Assembly: GCA_052327205.1 (NCBI GenBank)
Contig: JBMRGM010000040.1
Coordinates: forward strand, 47,678,001-47,742,000
Direction of reading: 5' to 3'
Source of the DNA: Somniosus microcephalus
Lineage: Eukaryota
Length of the DNA: 64,000 nt
Shown: in pieces, positions 36,101-47,888 of the stretch
Numbering within the stretch: position 1 is the stretch's first letter
How the letters are laid out: the number at the start of each line of letters is the position of its first letter
Position numbers and translations under genes: made by a program
Notes under the pieces: generated by a model
Seen by the model: the letters and a program-made list of their open reading frames with translations, nothing else
Told to the model about the DNA's origin: nothing
Database searches by the model: none

Positions 36101-38330
36101 AACTTGGGAATTGCATTCTCCTCTATTTTTATAGAGGCGGTTAAGCCTTTAAGAGTGCCCAGTTCTTGTTGATATACCTCTTTGGCGTCAGCTAAGATTG
36201 TTGACAATCTTCCAGGCGTGACGTCATCATCCTTTTTACCAGCCACCGTCAGTGCCTGAATGGAGTGCAAGTCTAAACTTATCTTTCTGATCCATTCACG
36301 TCCCAATAACGGTGGTCCACCATCTTGCAGAATGTAGAGATACAATTTCCGTATATTCTTCCCGTCGTATTCGACAGGCACCATTATTTTTCCTCTGGGG
36401 TATACTTTATGCCCCGTATACGTCCTCAAGACAATGGATGTATCTCTCAAGTGTATGTGTGAGAATAGCCGCTCGTAGTCTCGTCGATTCATGACGCTCA
36501 GGGCTGATCCTGTAACCAATTCCATTTTGACTTGGGACCCTGCTATCGTGAGGGTGACCCAAATGGTTCAGTGATCCTCTTTTGCGATTACGTTGTGAAG
36601 TTTGAGACAGCTTAGTCTCTTGTTCCCGGATTCACGATCGCTCATCTGGTCTTCGTAACGACTGTTCATCACCTTTTGTACTTTCCTGTACGTTTCCTTC
36701 GTAGCCTTTTTGTTGTCGTTGGTCTTCTTCCCAGAGCTGCAAACTCGTGCAATATGTCCCATCTTTCCACATTGCCTGCATATTTTGTCCTTGGACCAGC
36801 AGTCCTTCTGGTCATGGTTTGTTCTGCCGCAGCGATAACATTTTGCAAATCCCCGTGTCATTTCATGGGTGCCGTACTCCTGTGGCTTTTGTTGTATTTC
36901 CACAGCTCCCCTTGCTGCTGCTTCGTACAATACTGCCACGCTGAAAGCCTTATCTAGCGTCAGCTCTTTCTCTAAGAGTAACCTCTTCTGGGTTCCTTCA
37001 CTCAGGAGTCCAAAGACAAATTTATTCCGTAAGGTATCTGCCAGTCCTGCTCCAAACTGGCAGTGCATTGATAGCTTGCATAGTTCCGTAAGGTAATCAG
37101 CAATACTCTCATTCTTATGCTGATTTCTCCTGTGGATTTTAAATTTTTCTGCTCTCAGCAGCGGTGTAGGATTTAGGTGTTCCTGTAGCATAGCAACAAT
37201 TTCGTTAAAACTCTTTGCCTTCGGTTTGGCTTGAGTACTCGGGTCCCGCCATAGGCCGTACGTTCTTGCGCCCATTAAATTTAGCAATACCAATGCCTTT
37301 TTCTCATCGGCTATTTTGTTTGCCTCGCAATATACCTCGAGTCTTTCCACATACATGGTCCAGTCTTCTATTGCATTCTCGAAGGCAGTGATATCGCCAG
37401 TCTTTGGCATCTTGAAAATCAAGATGGCGCCTCCCACGCTTTGCCTTCATGCCTGATGGATCAAAATGGCACATCTCGTGCTTTTCCTTCTTCCCCGCCG
37501 AGTTATAATGGCACCTCCCGCGCTTTCCCACCGCTGCCGCTGCTGCCAACGCTGTTGCTGGCGATTATATTTATTTTACTATCCTGTAATGGCGACGCCC
37601 TATGCTCTTCGCGCCTCCCCGATCGCTACTGCCAACGCCACTCTCCGTGGAATTTTTTTTTTTTTTGGCGCTTCAATATTTGCTCCATTAAATGAAGAAC
37701 CATTCCTGTCATGGAGCGGACCCTCTGGGACACTTCCCTCCCTCTTCCTAGGTCCGAACGCTGCCCAGCTTTGAAGCACCATCCGCGCCCTTTGTGCTCC
37801 ACCCTCTCTCTCTCTCTCTTTGCTTCCTGCCTCGCTGCCCGGCCCCGTTGCAGAGCCACCCGATCGAGCTCTAGCCCGCCGCAGCCCAGGAAGGACCAAT
37901 GCACTACCTGCCACCAGCCCGATTAGCTGGGAAACCACAGACTGGAGAACCAAGCCTGGCTCTCGACAGTCTCTCCTGCACTTTTCAATTTGATGATTTG
38001 GAGGGCGGTTGCCCACGGTCGACGCCCGTTTCTCGAGTTTCTTTGGATTATTGTTATTTATTTTTTTCTTTCTTCTGGCTACGACCTTCAATAATGTCAT
38101 CTGAGGTGCTGCCAAGTTGCAGGTAAGTTCGTTTCTTACTCATCGCCAGTATTATGTCCGTGTATAATTGAGACACGGACTGCAGGAGTTGATTATAACA
38201 AGTCTTTACTGAATGGAGACAACCTGGAAACTGAAACTACAGAAGACTGCTAGGGCCTTTTATACAGGGGTGGTCACTACCGGTACTGCAGTCTGAGACC
38301 AGTTATTCCCTTAAAGGTACATACACAACA
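33165..38330 (-). mobile_element. Full-length Ty3/Gypsy (Mag-type) LTR retrotransposon A
   Basis: 181-bp LTRs at 33165-33345 and 38150-38330 differ by 6 substitutions. PPT AAAAAGGGGAGGAA next to the 3' LTR. PBS TGGCGATGAG (tRNA-Ser GCT-like) at 38139-38148. Confidence 0.96.
33454..37410 (-). pseudogene. Gypsy A gag-pol in a single frame with three in-frame stops
   Basis: Gag with two CCHC knuckles; protease ELVTGS (catalytic D lost); RT YLDD; RNase H DASPYGIG; IN DFAGP/PDNGP/AERFV; C-terminal RRYPYRIRKPPQRL. The four ORFs share one frame, with stops at 36568, 35386 and 34609. Confidence 0.93.
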
Positions 38331-40453
38331 TATACGGTATCGGTCTGGTCTTAAAAAATTTGGGTTTGCGTTATCTTCAATTTTTATCATTGCCATTACG
38401 CCTTTTAGAGTCCCAAGTCCTTGCTGGAACACATCTTTCACGTCAGTTAGAATTTTTGACACTCGTCCAGGTGTGACGTCGTCATCCTTTTTTTCAGCCA
38501 CAGTTAGCGCCTGAATAGAATGCCAATCCAATTGTATTTTTCGGATCCATTCACGTCCCAATAATGGTGGTCCTCCATCTTGTAGCATATCTAGATACAG
38601 TTTCTGAGTTTCCTTGCCGTTGTATTTAATGGGCACCCTTATTTTTCCTCTGGGGTAGACTTTTTGCCCCGTATATGTCTTCAAGACAATGGACGTGTCC
38701 TTCAACTGTATGTTTGAGAATAGCCGCTCATAGTCTCGTCGATTCATGACTGTTAGGGCTGATCCTGTGTCCAATTCCATCTTTACTTTTGACCCTGCTA
38801 TCATGAGAGTGACCCAAATGGTTCGGTGATCCTCCTTTGCGATCACGTTGTGTAACTTTAGTCAACTTAGTCTCCTGCTCCCGGAGTCATTATCACTCTG
38901 CTGATCTCCTGAACTACTGTCCGTCAACTTTTGTACTTTCTTGTACTTTTCCTTAGTAGTTCTTTTAGTGTTGGTTGTCTTTCCCGACCTGCAGACTCCT
39001 GCTATGTGTCCCTCTTTTCCACATTGCCTGCATACTTTGTCCTTAAACCAGCAACCCTTCTGGTCATGGGTTGTTCTGCTGCAGCGATAGCACTTTTCTT
39101 TTCCATATGCCATTTCATTGGTGCCATATTCTTGCGGTTTCTGTTGTATTTCCACAGCTCCTCGTGCTGCTGCTTCGTAGGATACTGCAACGCTGAAAGC
39201 CTTTTCTAGCCTAAGGTCCTTTTCTGAAAGTAGTCGTTTCTGGCTTCCTTCACTCTGGAGCCCGCAGACAAACTTATCCCTTAAGGTATCTGCCAGTCCT
39301 GCTCCGAACGGGCAGTGTTTCGATAACTTGCGTAGTTCCGTAAGATTGTCAGCATTACTCTCGTCTTTGTGCTGGTTTCTTTTATGGAACTTGAATCTTT
39401 CTGCTATCAGCAGTGGTGTAGTGTTTAGATGTTCCTGCAAGATATTGACAATCTCTTCAAAGCTTTACCCCATTAGTTTAGCTGGGGAAATTAAATCCCA
39501 CAATAGGCCGTACATTCTTGCGCCCATCAAATTCAATAATACTGACGCCTTCTTTTCATTGGCCACCTCATTTTCCTTGCAGTACACTTCAATTCTTTCC
39601 ACATACGTGGTCCAGTCTTCTATTTCGTTGTCGAAAGCAGTGATGCTGCCAATCTTCGGCATCTTGGATGGTTTAAAATGGCGCCTCCCGCGCTTTACCT
39701 TCTTCCGCAATGGATTAAAATGGCGCCTCCCTCGCTTTTCCTTCTTCCCCATGCTGCCAATGCTGCTCCAGCATTCTAACTAGTAATGGCGGCGCCCCGC
39801 AGCTTTCTGCGCGTCTCTCTTTTGTTAATTAATTTTCTTAGTTTTATTCTTCTTCGACGCTGTCCACTGCGCATCTCCTTTCATTCCCCTTTCTATTTTC
39901 TTTAACGCTGCCCGACACTTGAGCACCGGCCGCGCCCTCTGCGCTCCACCCTCTCTCTCTTTTTTTGTTCCCGACGACGCTGCTCGGCCCCCTTGCAGAG
40001 CCGCTAGATTGAGCTCTAGCCCGCCGCAGTCCAGGAAGGGTCAGCGCACTACCTGTTACCAACCCGTATTGCTGGGACACCTTGACTGGAGAACCAAGCC
40101 CAGCTCTCCACAGCTTCCGCTGCGATTCTCTGAACTCTGATGGATCACTGGGCGGTTGCACACAGTCGACGCCCGTTGCTCTGGCTTCGACCTCCAAGAA
40201 GCTTATTTTCAGGGATGGATCCCCGTGAGGTGATGCAGTACTGCAGGTGAGTTTGAAACTGCTTGTCGCCACTGTAGTGTCCGCGTATCAATAACACATG
40301 GACTGCAGGAGAACGGTAATAACAGGTGTTTACTGAACAGAGGGTATGCTGGTACTGAAAGTGCAAAAGCCTGCTACGGCTTTATATACAGGTGTGGTCA
40401 CTGCCGGTACTACAGTATAAACGCATATCTCTCTCAAAGGTACATACACAACA
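38331..40453 (-). mobile_element. Related Gypsy element B: 5' LTR, gag, protease and start of RT, truncated at element A
   Basis: Diverged 181-bp LTR at 40273-40453 (TG..CA), PBS TGGCGACAAG, gag CCHC x2, protease ELDTGS; breaks at KTRPIPY (38331). Confidence 0.92.
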
Positions 40454-42152
40454 TGAGTAGCTTTTAATTTTTGCAAACTTATCTATTGTTTAAAAATGGA
40501 GTCTTTGATTCCGTGAAATGAAAAGTGGTGAGCACAATGCTGCTGCCTTCCTGCTTCCAATGGGAACAATCGCTTCATCGATCAGTCTTCTACCAGGCAG
40601 CCTGGATATTCTACTTCCCTTACACCAATATACCAAGTTCAGCGTTCTGGCATTAAAATCCGGCAGGAAAATCGGCCACAGTGGATAATCCATTCTGAAA
40701 GCCCTTTTCTACACTTTCCTCAGTTTTACACATACATGGATTAGAATGGAAAGCTTGAAACTATAACAATTGCCAGGGAGCTTCAGCTTCTTTGCATAGC
40801 TCCGCACCCTGATCACGTGACTACAACCAACCAATCACATAGAGCGGCGCGAGAACGCCCCCATTGAATGTGTCCAATCAGGGCCTGAGGATTGAACTGC
40901 TCCATCAGAAGCAGCTCCAGTACGTTGGAGGACTCGGCTGTGAGCGGATGACTTGTTGCTGTCGCTGGCGCCACGGCCGAAAAGCGAGCAGCTCCTGCAA
41001 TCTCTTGTTTTCAGCCAAATGCGAGAGGTATGAGTTTCTAATCACAATATCTTTGACGCTAACTGATTTGGTTGCTGTATTTGAATGCGGTTTAGTGCCT
41101 CACATGGGCCTTGTGATTTTCGTTTTGTGTACGGTTTGCAGTGTGTGATCGCTTAACATTTTGAGACGGAACTTAAATGCAATATCTGATTCAAATTGTT
41201 GCTTCATATGGCGTTCGGTCAAATTGAGGAAATTCGACACACTGAACGGGATTCAAATCGCCTTTTCACTTGTCTGCTGCTTTTGTTCCTTTGTACAGCC
41301 ACGTGCTTCAGGGAATGTGGTTGGAGAATAAATCTTTGGCTGCATTGTTTTTCCTGCTGGTTTTCCATCCAGCTAAATATAGTTTTCTGTGATGAAATGA
41401 ATTCAGCAGACTCTACGAAGGAAGAACATATAAATTATTTCAGGGCTTGACTGGGTCGATGCTGAGAGGTTGTTTACCCTGGCTGTGGAGCCCGAACTAG
41501 GGGTCAAAGTTTCAGAATAAGGTGCCGGCCATTTAAGATTGAGATGAGGAGAAATTGCTTCATTGTAAGGGTTGTGTATCTTTGGAGTTTTCTAATGCAG
41601 AGGGCTGTGGCTGTTCAGTCGTTGAGTACATTTCTAACGGAGATGGATTTGTACATTATGGAAATCAAGGTATATGGGGCTTGGTAGGTAATTTTCAGTT
41701 GAGGTAGAGGATCAGCCATGATCTTATTGAATCGAGGGCGGCATGGCCAAATCCTGCTCTTATTTCTTATGATCTAATGTACCAATCTTGGCCGGCGGGG
41801 TTGAGAACTGTGGCTTATCTGGCTTAATTCATTAAATAAGCATTGCAGTAGGAAGCAGCATCAACTGGAAGTTGGCTGCGTGGAAGACGTGCATTTTCTT
41901 CAATGGGTTGCAAAATAAAATATTTTCGACGGTTAAAATTGCTTTCACGGTATCAAGAGCGTTAAATAACGTAGTGTTCTCCTGTGGCCTAGGCCTCTCG
42001 CAATGTCGTGATGTAATAATGGGGTGAAGTGCTTGTTATACTTTCTGCTTGAATCGTTGTTTGATTGGAGCTTTGAATCTCGGCACAGGAACCGAAAGGC
42101 AGCAGTTCAAATTAAGTAAAAAACGGATCATTTGCGACGACGTCCTCGTTGC

Positions 42153-42234
42153 CATCGTCGGCAGGATTCGCAATTGCGCAGGGAAATCCCAATGGATTTC
42201 TAGTCCATCACCTTAACCACTCGGCCCCGACTAC
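42153..42234 (-). tRNA. tRNA-Ser(AGA), degenerate
   Basis: 82-nt match to vertebrate tRNA-Ser(AGA); T-loop/B-box mutated (CAATTGCGAATCC). Confidence 0.85.
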
Positions 42235-42361
42235 CACGATAGTGGATTGGACCCACGCAGCTCCTCATTTGCTGCGAAACCGGTGCCTCTGCTGTGAAGG
42301 CGATGGCACATAATCACATGGGTTCATTTGGAAAATTCCAATTGCACAAAGTTTCCTGTAT

Positions 42362-42435
42362 GTCTCTGTGGTGCAATGGGCCAGCGTGTTCGGCTGTTAA
42401 CTGAAAGGTTGGTGGTTCGAGCCCACCCAGAGACG
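42362..42435 (+). tRNA. tRNA-Asn(GTT), best-preserved copy
   Basis: GTCTCTGTGG...CTGTTAA...GGTTCGAGCCCACCCAGAGACG. Stems still pair using G-U, the B-box is intact and T-runs follow. Confidence 0.88.
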
Positions 42436-43478
42436 TGCGTAGCTTTTAATTTTTGCAAACTTATCTATTGTTCATAGATGGAGTCTTTGATTCCGTGAAA
42501 TGAACAGTGGTGAACATACTGCTGCTGCCTTCCTGCTTCCAATGGGAACAATCGCTTCATCGACCAGTCTTCTGCCAGGCAGCATGGATATTATACTTCC
42601 CTTATACCAATATACCAAGTGCAGCGTTCTTGCATGAAAATCCAGCAGGAAAATCGGCCACAGTAGATAATCTATTCTAAAAATCCTTTTCTACACTTTC
42701 CTTAGTTTTACACATACATGGATAAGAATGGAAAGCTTGAAACTATAGCAATTGCCAGAGAACATCAGCTTCCTTGCAGAGCTCCGCACCCTGATCACGT
42801 GACAACAACCAACCAATTACATAGAGCGGCGTGAGAACGCCCCCATTGAATGTGTCCAATCAGGGACTTAGGATTGAACTGCTCCATCACAAGCAGCTCC
42901 AGTACGTTGGAGGACTCGGCTGTGAGCGGATGACTTGTTCATGTCACTGGCGCCACGGCCGAGAAGCGAGCAGCCCCTGCAATCTCTTGTTTTCAGCCAA
43001 ATGCGAGAGGTATGAATTTCTAATCACAAAATCTTTGACGCTAACTGATTTGGTTTCTGTATTTGAGTGCGGTTTAGTGCCTCGAACGGGCCTTGTGATT
43101 TTCTTTTTGCATACGGTTTGCAGTGTGTGATCGCTTAACATTTTGAGACTGAAATTAAATGCAATATCTGATTCAAATTGTTGCTTCATATGGCGTTCGG
43201 TCAAATTGAGGAAATTCGACACTCCGAACGGGATTCAAATCGCCTTTTCTCTCGTGTGCTGCTTTTGTCCCTTTGTATGGCCGCATGCATCAGGGAATGT
43301 GGTTGGAAAATAAACCTTTGGCTGCATTGTTTTTCCTGCTGGTTGTCTATCCAGCTAAATATAGTTTTCTGTGGTGAAATGGATTCAGCAGACTCTACGA
43401 AGGAAGAACATATAAATTATTTCAGGTCTTGTCTTGGCGGATGCTGAGAGGTTGTTTACCCTGGCTGTGGAGCCCGAA

Positions 43479-43848
43479 AATTCTGTCAGGCCTGGACAGA
43501 CTAGATGCAGGAAGGATGTTTATGATGGCTGGGGAGTCCAGAACCAGGGGTCATAGGATAAGGATAAGGGGTAAGCCATTTAGGACTGAAATGAGGAGGA
43601 ATTTCATCATCCAGATAGTGGTGAACCTGTGGAATTCTCTGCCACAGATGGCGGTGGAGGCCAGTTCATTAAATATATTCAAGAAAGAGTTGGATATATT
43701 TCTTGAGTCTAAAGGGATCAAGGGATATGGAGAGAAGGCATGGACAGGGTACTGAATTTGGATGATCAGCCATGATCTCATTGAATGGCGGAGCAGTCTC
43801 GAAAGGCCGAATCGCCTACTCCTGCTCCTATCTTCTATGTTTCTATGT
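43479..43848 (+). mobile_element. CR1 3' end inserted only in unit 2 of array 1
   Basis: Absent at the matching site (CCCGAACTAGGGG) of units 1 and 3; ends in CTATGTTTCTATGT. Confidence 0.88.
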
Positions 43849-44271
43849 TAGGGGTCAAAGTTTCAGAATAAGGGGCTGGCCATTTAAGATTGAGATGAGG
43901 AGAAATTGCTTCATTGTAAGGGTTGTGTAACTTTGGAGTTTTCTGACGCAGAGGCCTGTGGCTGTTCAGTCGTTGAGTATATTCCTAATTGAGATGGATT
44001 TGTACATTACGGAAATGAAGGTATATGGGGCTTGGTCGGTAATTTTCAGTTGAGGTAGAGGATCAGCCATGATCTTATTGAATGGCGGAGCAGGATCGAG
44101 GGCCGCATGGCCAAATCCTGCTCCTATTTCTTATGATCTAATGTACCGATCTTGGCCGGCGGTGTTGAGAACTGTGGCTCATCTGGCTTAGTTAATTAAA
44201 GAAGCATCGCAGTAGGAAGCAGCATCAACTGGAAGATGGCTGCACGGAAGACGTGCATTTTCTTCAATGGG

Positions 44272-44395
44272 TTCTGTGATAGTAGATTGGCGTTTAGGAT
44301 CACGTCGGCCATGATCTTGTTGAATGGTGGAGCAGGCTCGAGGGGCCGCTTGGCCTACTCCTGCTCCTATTTCTTATGTTCTGATGTTCTTATGT
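44272..44395 (+). mobile_element. Short CR1 tail inserted only in unit 2
   Basis: Interrupts AATGGGTTGCAAAATAAA, which is intact in units 1 and 3. Confidence 0.75.
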
Positions 44396-44636
44396 AAAAT
44401 AAAAAAAAAATCGATGTTTAAAATTGCTTTCACGGTTTCAAGAGCGTTATAAAATGTAGTGTTCTCCTGTGGCCTAGGCCTCTCGTAATGTCGTGATGTT
44501 ATAATGGGGTGAAGTGCTTGTTATACTTTCTGCTTGAATCGTTGTTTGATTGTCGCTTTGAGTTTCGGCTACGGAACCGAAAGGCAGCAGTTCAACTTAA
44601 GTAAAAACGGATCATTTGGGACCATGTCCTCGTTGC

Positions 44637-44718
44637 CATAGTGGGTAGGATTCGAACCTACGTGGGGAAACCCCAATAGATTTCTAGTCCATCGCCTTAA
44701 CCACTCGGCCACGACTAC
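44637..44718 (-). tRNA. tRNA-Ser(AGA), degenerate
   Basis: 82-nt match; A and B boxes are retained, but the acceptor stem has a mismatch. Confidence 0.85.
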
Positions 44719-44846
44719 CCCGATGCGGGTTTGGATCCACGCAGCTTCTCATTTGCTGCGAAATCGGTGCCTCTGCTGTGAACGCTCTGGCACATATTCA
44801 CATGGGCTCATGTGGAATAATTCCAATTGCAAAGCGTTTTTCATCT

Positions 44847-44920
44847 GTCTCTGTTGCGCAATAGGATAGCGTGTTCGGCCATTAACTGAAAGGCTGGCTG
44901 CTCGAGCCCACCCAGAGACA
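44847..44920 (+). pseudogene. tRNA-Asn pseudogene
   Basis: 74-nt homologue; anticodon loop is CCATTAA and the T-loop is mutated. Confidence 0.82.
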
Positions 44921-46612
44921 TGACCAGGTTTTACTTTTTACAAACACATCTATTGTATAAAAATGGGGTCTTTGATTCCGCGAAATGAACAGTGGTGAGC
45001 ATACTTCTGCTGCCTTCCTGCTTCCAATGGGAACAATCCCTTCATTGTTCAGTCTTCTGCCAGGCAGCCTGGATATTCTACTTCCCTTATACCAATATTC
45101 CAAGTGCAGAGTTCTTGCCATGAAAATCCAGCAGGAATATCGGCCACAGTATATAATCCATTCTGAAAACCCTTTTCTATACTTTCCCCAGTTTTACACT
45201 TACATGGATTAGAACGGAAATCTTGAAACAATAACAATTGCCAGACAACTTCAGCTTCCTTGCATCGCTCTGCACCCTGATCACGTGACAACAACCAAGC
45301 AATCACATACATCGGCGCGAGAACGCCCTTTTGAATGTGTCCAATCAGGGTCTGAAGATTGAGCAGCTCCGTCAAAACCAGCTCCAGTACATTGGAGGAC
45401 TCGGTTGTGAGCGGATGATTTGTTCCTGTCGCTGGCGCTGCAGCCGAGAAGCGAGCAGCCCTTGCAACCTCTTGTTTTCAGCCAAATGCTAGAGGTATGA
45501 ATTTCTAATCACAAAATCTTTGACCCGAGCTGATTTGGTTGATACGTTTGAATGCGGTTTAGTGACTCTCACGGGCCTTGTGCTTTTCTTTTTGCGTGCG
45601 GTTTTCAGTGTGTGATCTTTTAACGTTTTGAGACTGAAACGAAGTGCAGTGTCGGATTCAAATTGGTGCTTCATATGGCGTTCGGCAAAATTGAGGCAAT
45701 TCGACACTACGAACGGGATTCAAATCGCCTTTTCTCTCGTGTGCTGCTTTTGTCCCTTTATACGGCCGCGTACGTGTCAGAGAATGTGGTTGGAGGAGAA
45801 ATCTGTGGCTGCGTTGTATTTCCTGCTGATCGTCCATCCACTTAAACCTTGTTTTCTGTGGTGAAATGAAATCAGCAGACTGTACGACGGAAGAACATAT
45901 AAATTATTTCAGTGCTTGACAGGGCGGATGCTGAGAGGCTGTTTACCCTGGCTGTGGAGTCCTGAACTAGGGGTCAAAGTGTCAGAATAAGGGGTCGGAC
46001 ATTTAGGATTGAGATGAGGAGAAATTGCTTAATTGCAAGGATTGTGTATCTTTGGAATTCTCTACAGCAGAGGGCTGTGGCTGTTCATTCGTAGAGTACA
46101 TTCCTAACCTAGATGGATTTTTACATTACGGAAATCAATGTGTATGGGGCTAGGTCGGTTATTTTCGGTTGAGGTAGTGGATCAGCCATGAGCTTATTGA
46201 ATGGCGGTGCATGATCGAGTATCACATGGCCAAATCCTGCTCTTATTTCTTATGAACTAATGTACCGACCTTGGCCGGCGGGGTTGAGAACTGTGGCTCA
46301 TCCGGCTTAGTTGATTATATAAGCCTCGCAGTAGGAATCAGCTTCAACTGGAAGATGGCTGCGCAGACGACGTGCATTTTCTTCAATGGGTTGCAAAATA
46401 AATATTGTCGACGGTTAAAAATAGCTTTCACGGTTTCAAGAGCATTAAACAACGTAGTATTCTCTTTGGCCGAGGCCTCTCTTGATGCCATGATGTAATA
46501 ATGGGGTGAAGTGCTTGTCATACTTTCTGCTTGAATCGTTGGTTGATTGCAGCTTTGAATCTCAGCACAGGATTAAGTAAAAACGGATCATGTGGGACGA
46601 CATCCTCGGTGC

Positions 46613-46695
46613 CGTAGTCGGCATGATTTGAACCTGCGCGGGGTAAACCCCAATGGATATCTGGTCCATCGCCTTAACCACTCGGCCACGACTAC
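46613..46695 (-). pseudogene. tRNA-Ser(AGA) pseudogene
   Basis: 83 nt with a 1-nt insertion; anticodon loop and T-arm are mutated. Confidence 0.82.
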
Positions 46696-47815
46696 GCCGA
46701 CAACTTCAGCTTCCTTGCATCGCCCCGCACCCTAATCACGTGTCAGCAACCATTCAATCAGACACAGCGGCGAGAGAACACCCCCATTTGAATGTGTCCA
46801 ATCAGGGCCTGAGAATTGAGCTGCTCCATCACAATCAGCTCCAGTGCATTGGAAGGCTTGGTTGCGAGTGGATGACTTCTTCCTGCCGATTACGTGGCTG
46901 ATCAGATGTTCGACTCAACGCCATTTTCCCGCCCGCTCCCCATAGCCCTTGACTCCCCTGTAGCTCAAATATATATCTATCTCCGCCTTGAATACAGTCA
47001 ATGACTCCGCCTTGGCAACTCTCTGGTGTAGAGAATTCCAAAGATAAACAGCCCTCTGAGGTAAGAAATTCTTCCTAATCTCCGTTTTAAATGGGCTCCC
47101 CCTTATCCTGAAACTTTGCTCTCGAGTTCAAGATTCCCCCAGGAGGGGCAACATCTACCCTGGTCAAGCCCTCTCAGAATCAAATACACGGACATAGAGA
47201 GCGAGAGCCTCAGCTTGACGTCTTACAGAGTGGTCCGAGGGATAAGGGACTGCAGTTATGTGGAGAAGCTGGGATTGTTTTCCTCAGAAGGTTAAGAGGA
47301 AATTTAATAGAGTTTTTCAAGATTACAAGGGGTTTTGATAGAGGAAATAAGGAGAAACGCTTTCCAGTGGCAGGAGGGACTGTAACCAGAGGACACCGAT
47401 TGAAGATAACCGGTAAAAGTACCAGTAGGTGGAGAATTGTCTTACGCAGCAAGGGCTCAGGCCTAATGAATATTTTACGGCTCAGGATAAGTTATGGTGG
47501 CCCAGGCACCCTCTCATTCCATTCTGGCACACGTTGCTAATGTTTCAAATGCGGAATTTTTCAAACTGACGATTAGTTGATTGATAGCCGTGCTGTGATA
47601 AGCTAAGTTTGTTAGGGAGATGCATTCGGCAAGAAAATGCATGGACGATGGATAATAACCGTTAACTTGTCTAGTTTCAAATGACATTTCCTACTGACTT
47701 TGCAACAGCAGGCATTTTACAGAAGGCAGCAGTGTTGAAATATTGATCAGGAGCAAGCATTGCTTTGCGCGGTGCTTTGATTCCTGCCCTTTCAAACAGC
47801 CCCAAAACACACTGA

Positions 47816-47888
47816 ATCCCTGACCGTGAATGTGTACCGAGGCTCCGGCGGTACAAGCGCCGAATCCTAACCACTAGACCACCAGGGA
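47816..47888 (-). pseudogene. tRNA-Glu-derived pseudogene (anticodon reads TGT)
   Basis: 5' half TCCCTGGTGGTCTAGTGGTTAGGATTCGGCG matches tRNA-Glu; loop is CTTGTAC; T-arm is scrambled. Confidence 0.82.

Larger units (their letters stand above)
40454..46897. repeat. Tandem array 1: ~2-kb units carrying divergent tRNA-Ser(-)/tRNA-Asn(+) and an embedded CR1 tail
   Basis: Units start at ~40454, 42436 and 44921, with a partial copy at 46696-46897; long near-identical blocks. Confidence 0.93.

Noticed and set aside
42137-42154. TCCTCGTTGCCA beside tRNA-Ser, resembling the tRNA-Ser(GCT) 3' end or the Gypsy PBS
   Set aside because: Short match that is not kept in the third unit and has no adjacent LTR; likely chance.
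40864-45864. Recurrent ORFs in array 1 (MNVSNQGLRIELL..., MLLHMAFGQIEE...) as a protein family
   Set aside because: They recur only because the DNA unit is duplicated; frames break in unit 3 and no domain is recognisable.
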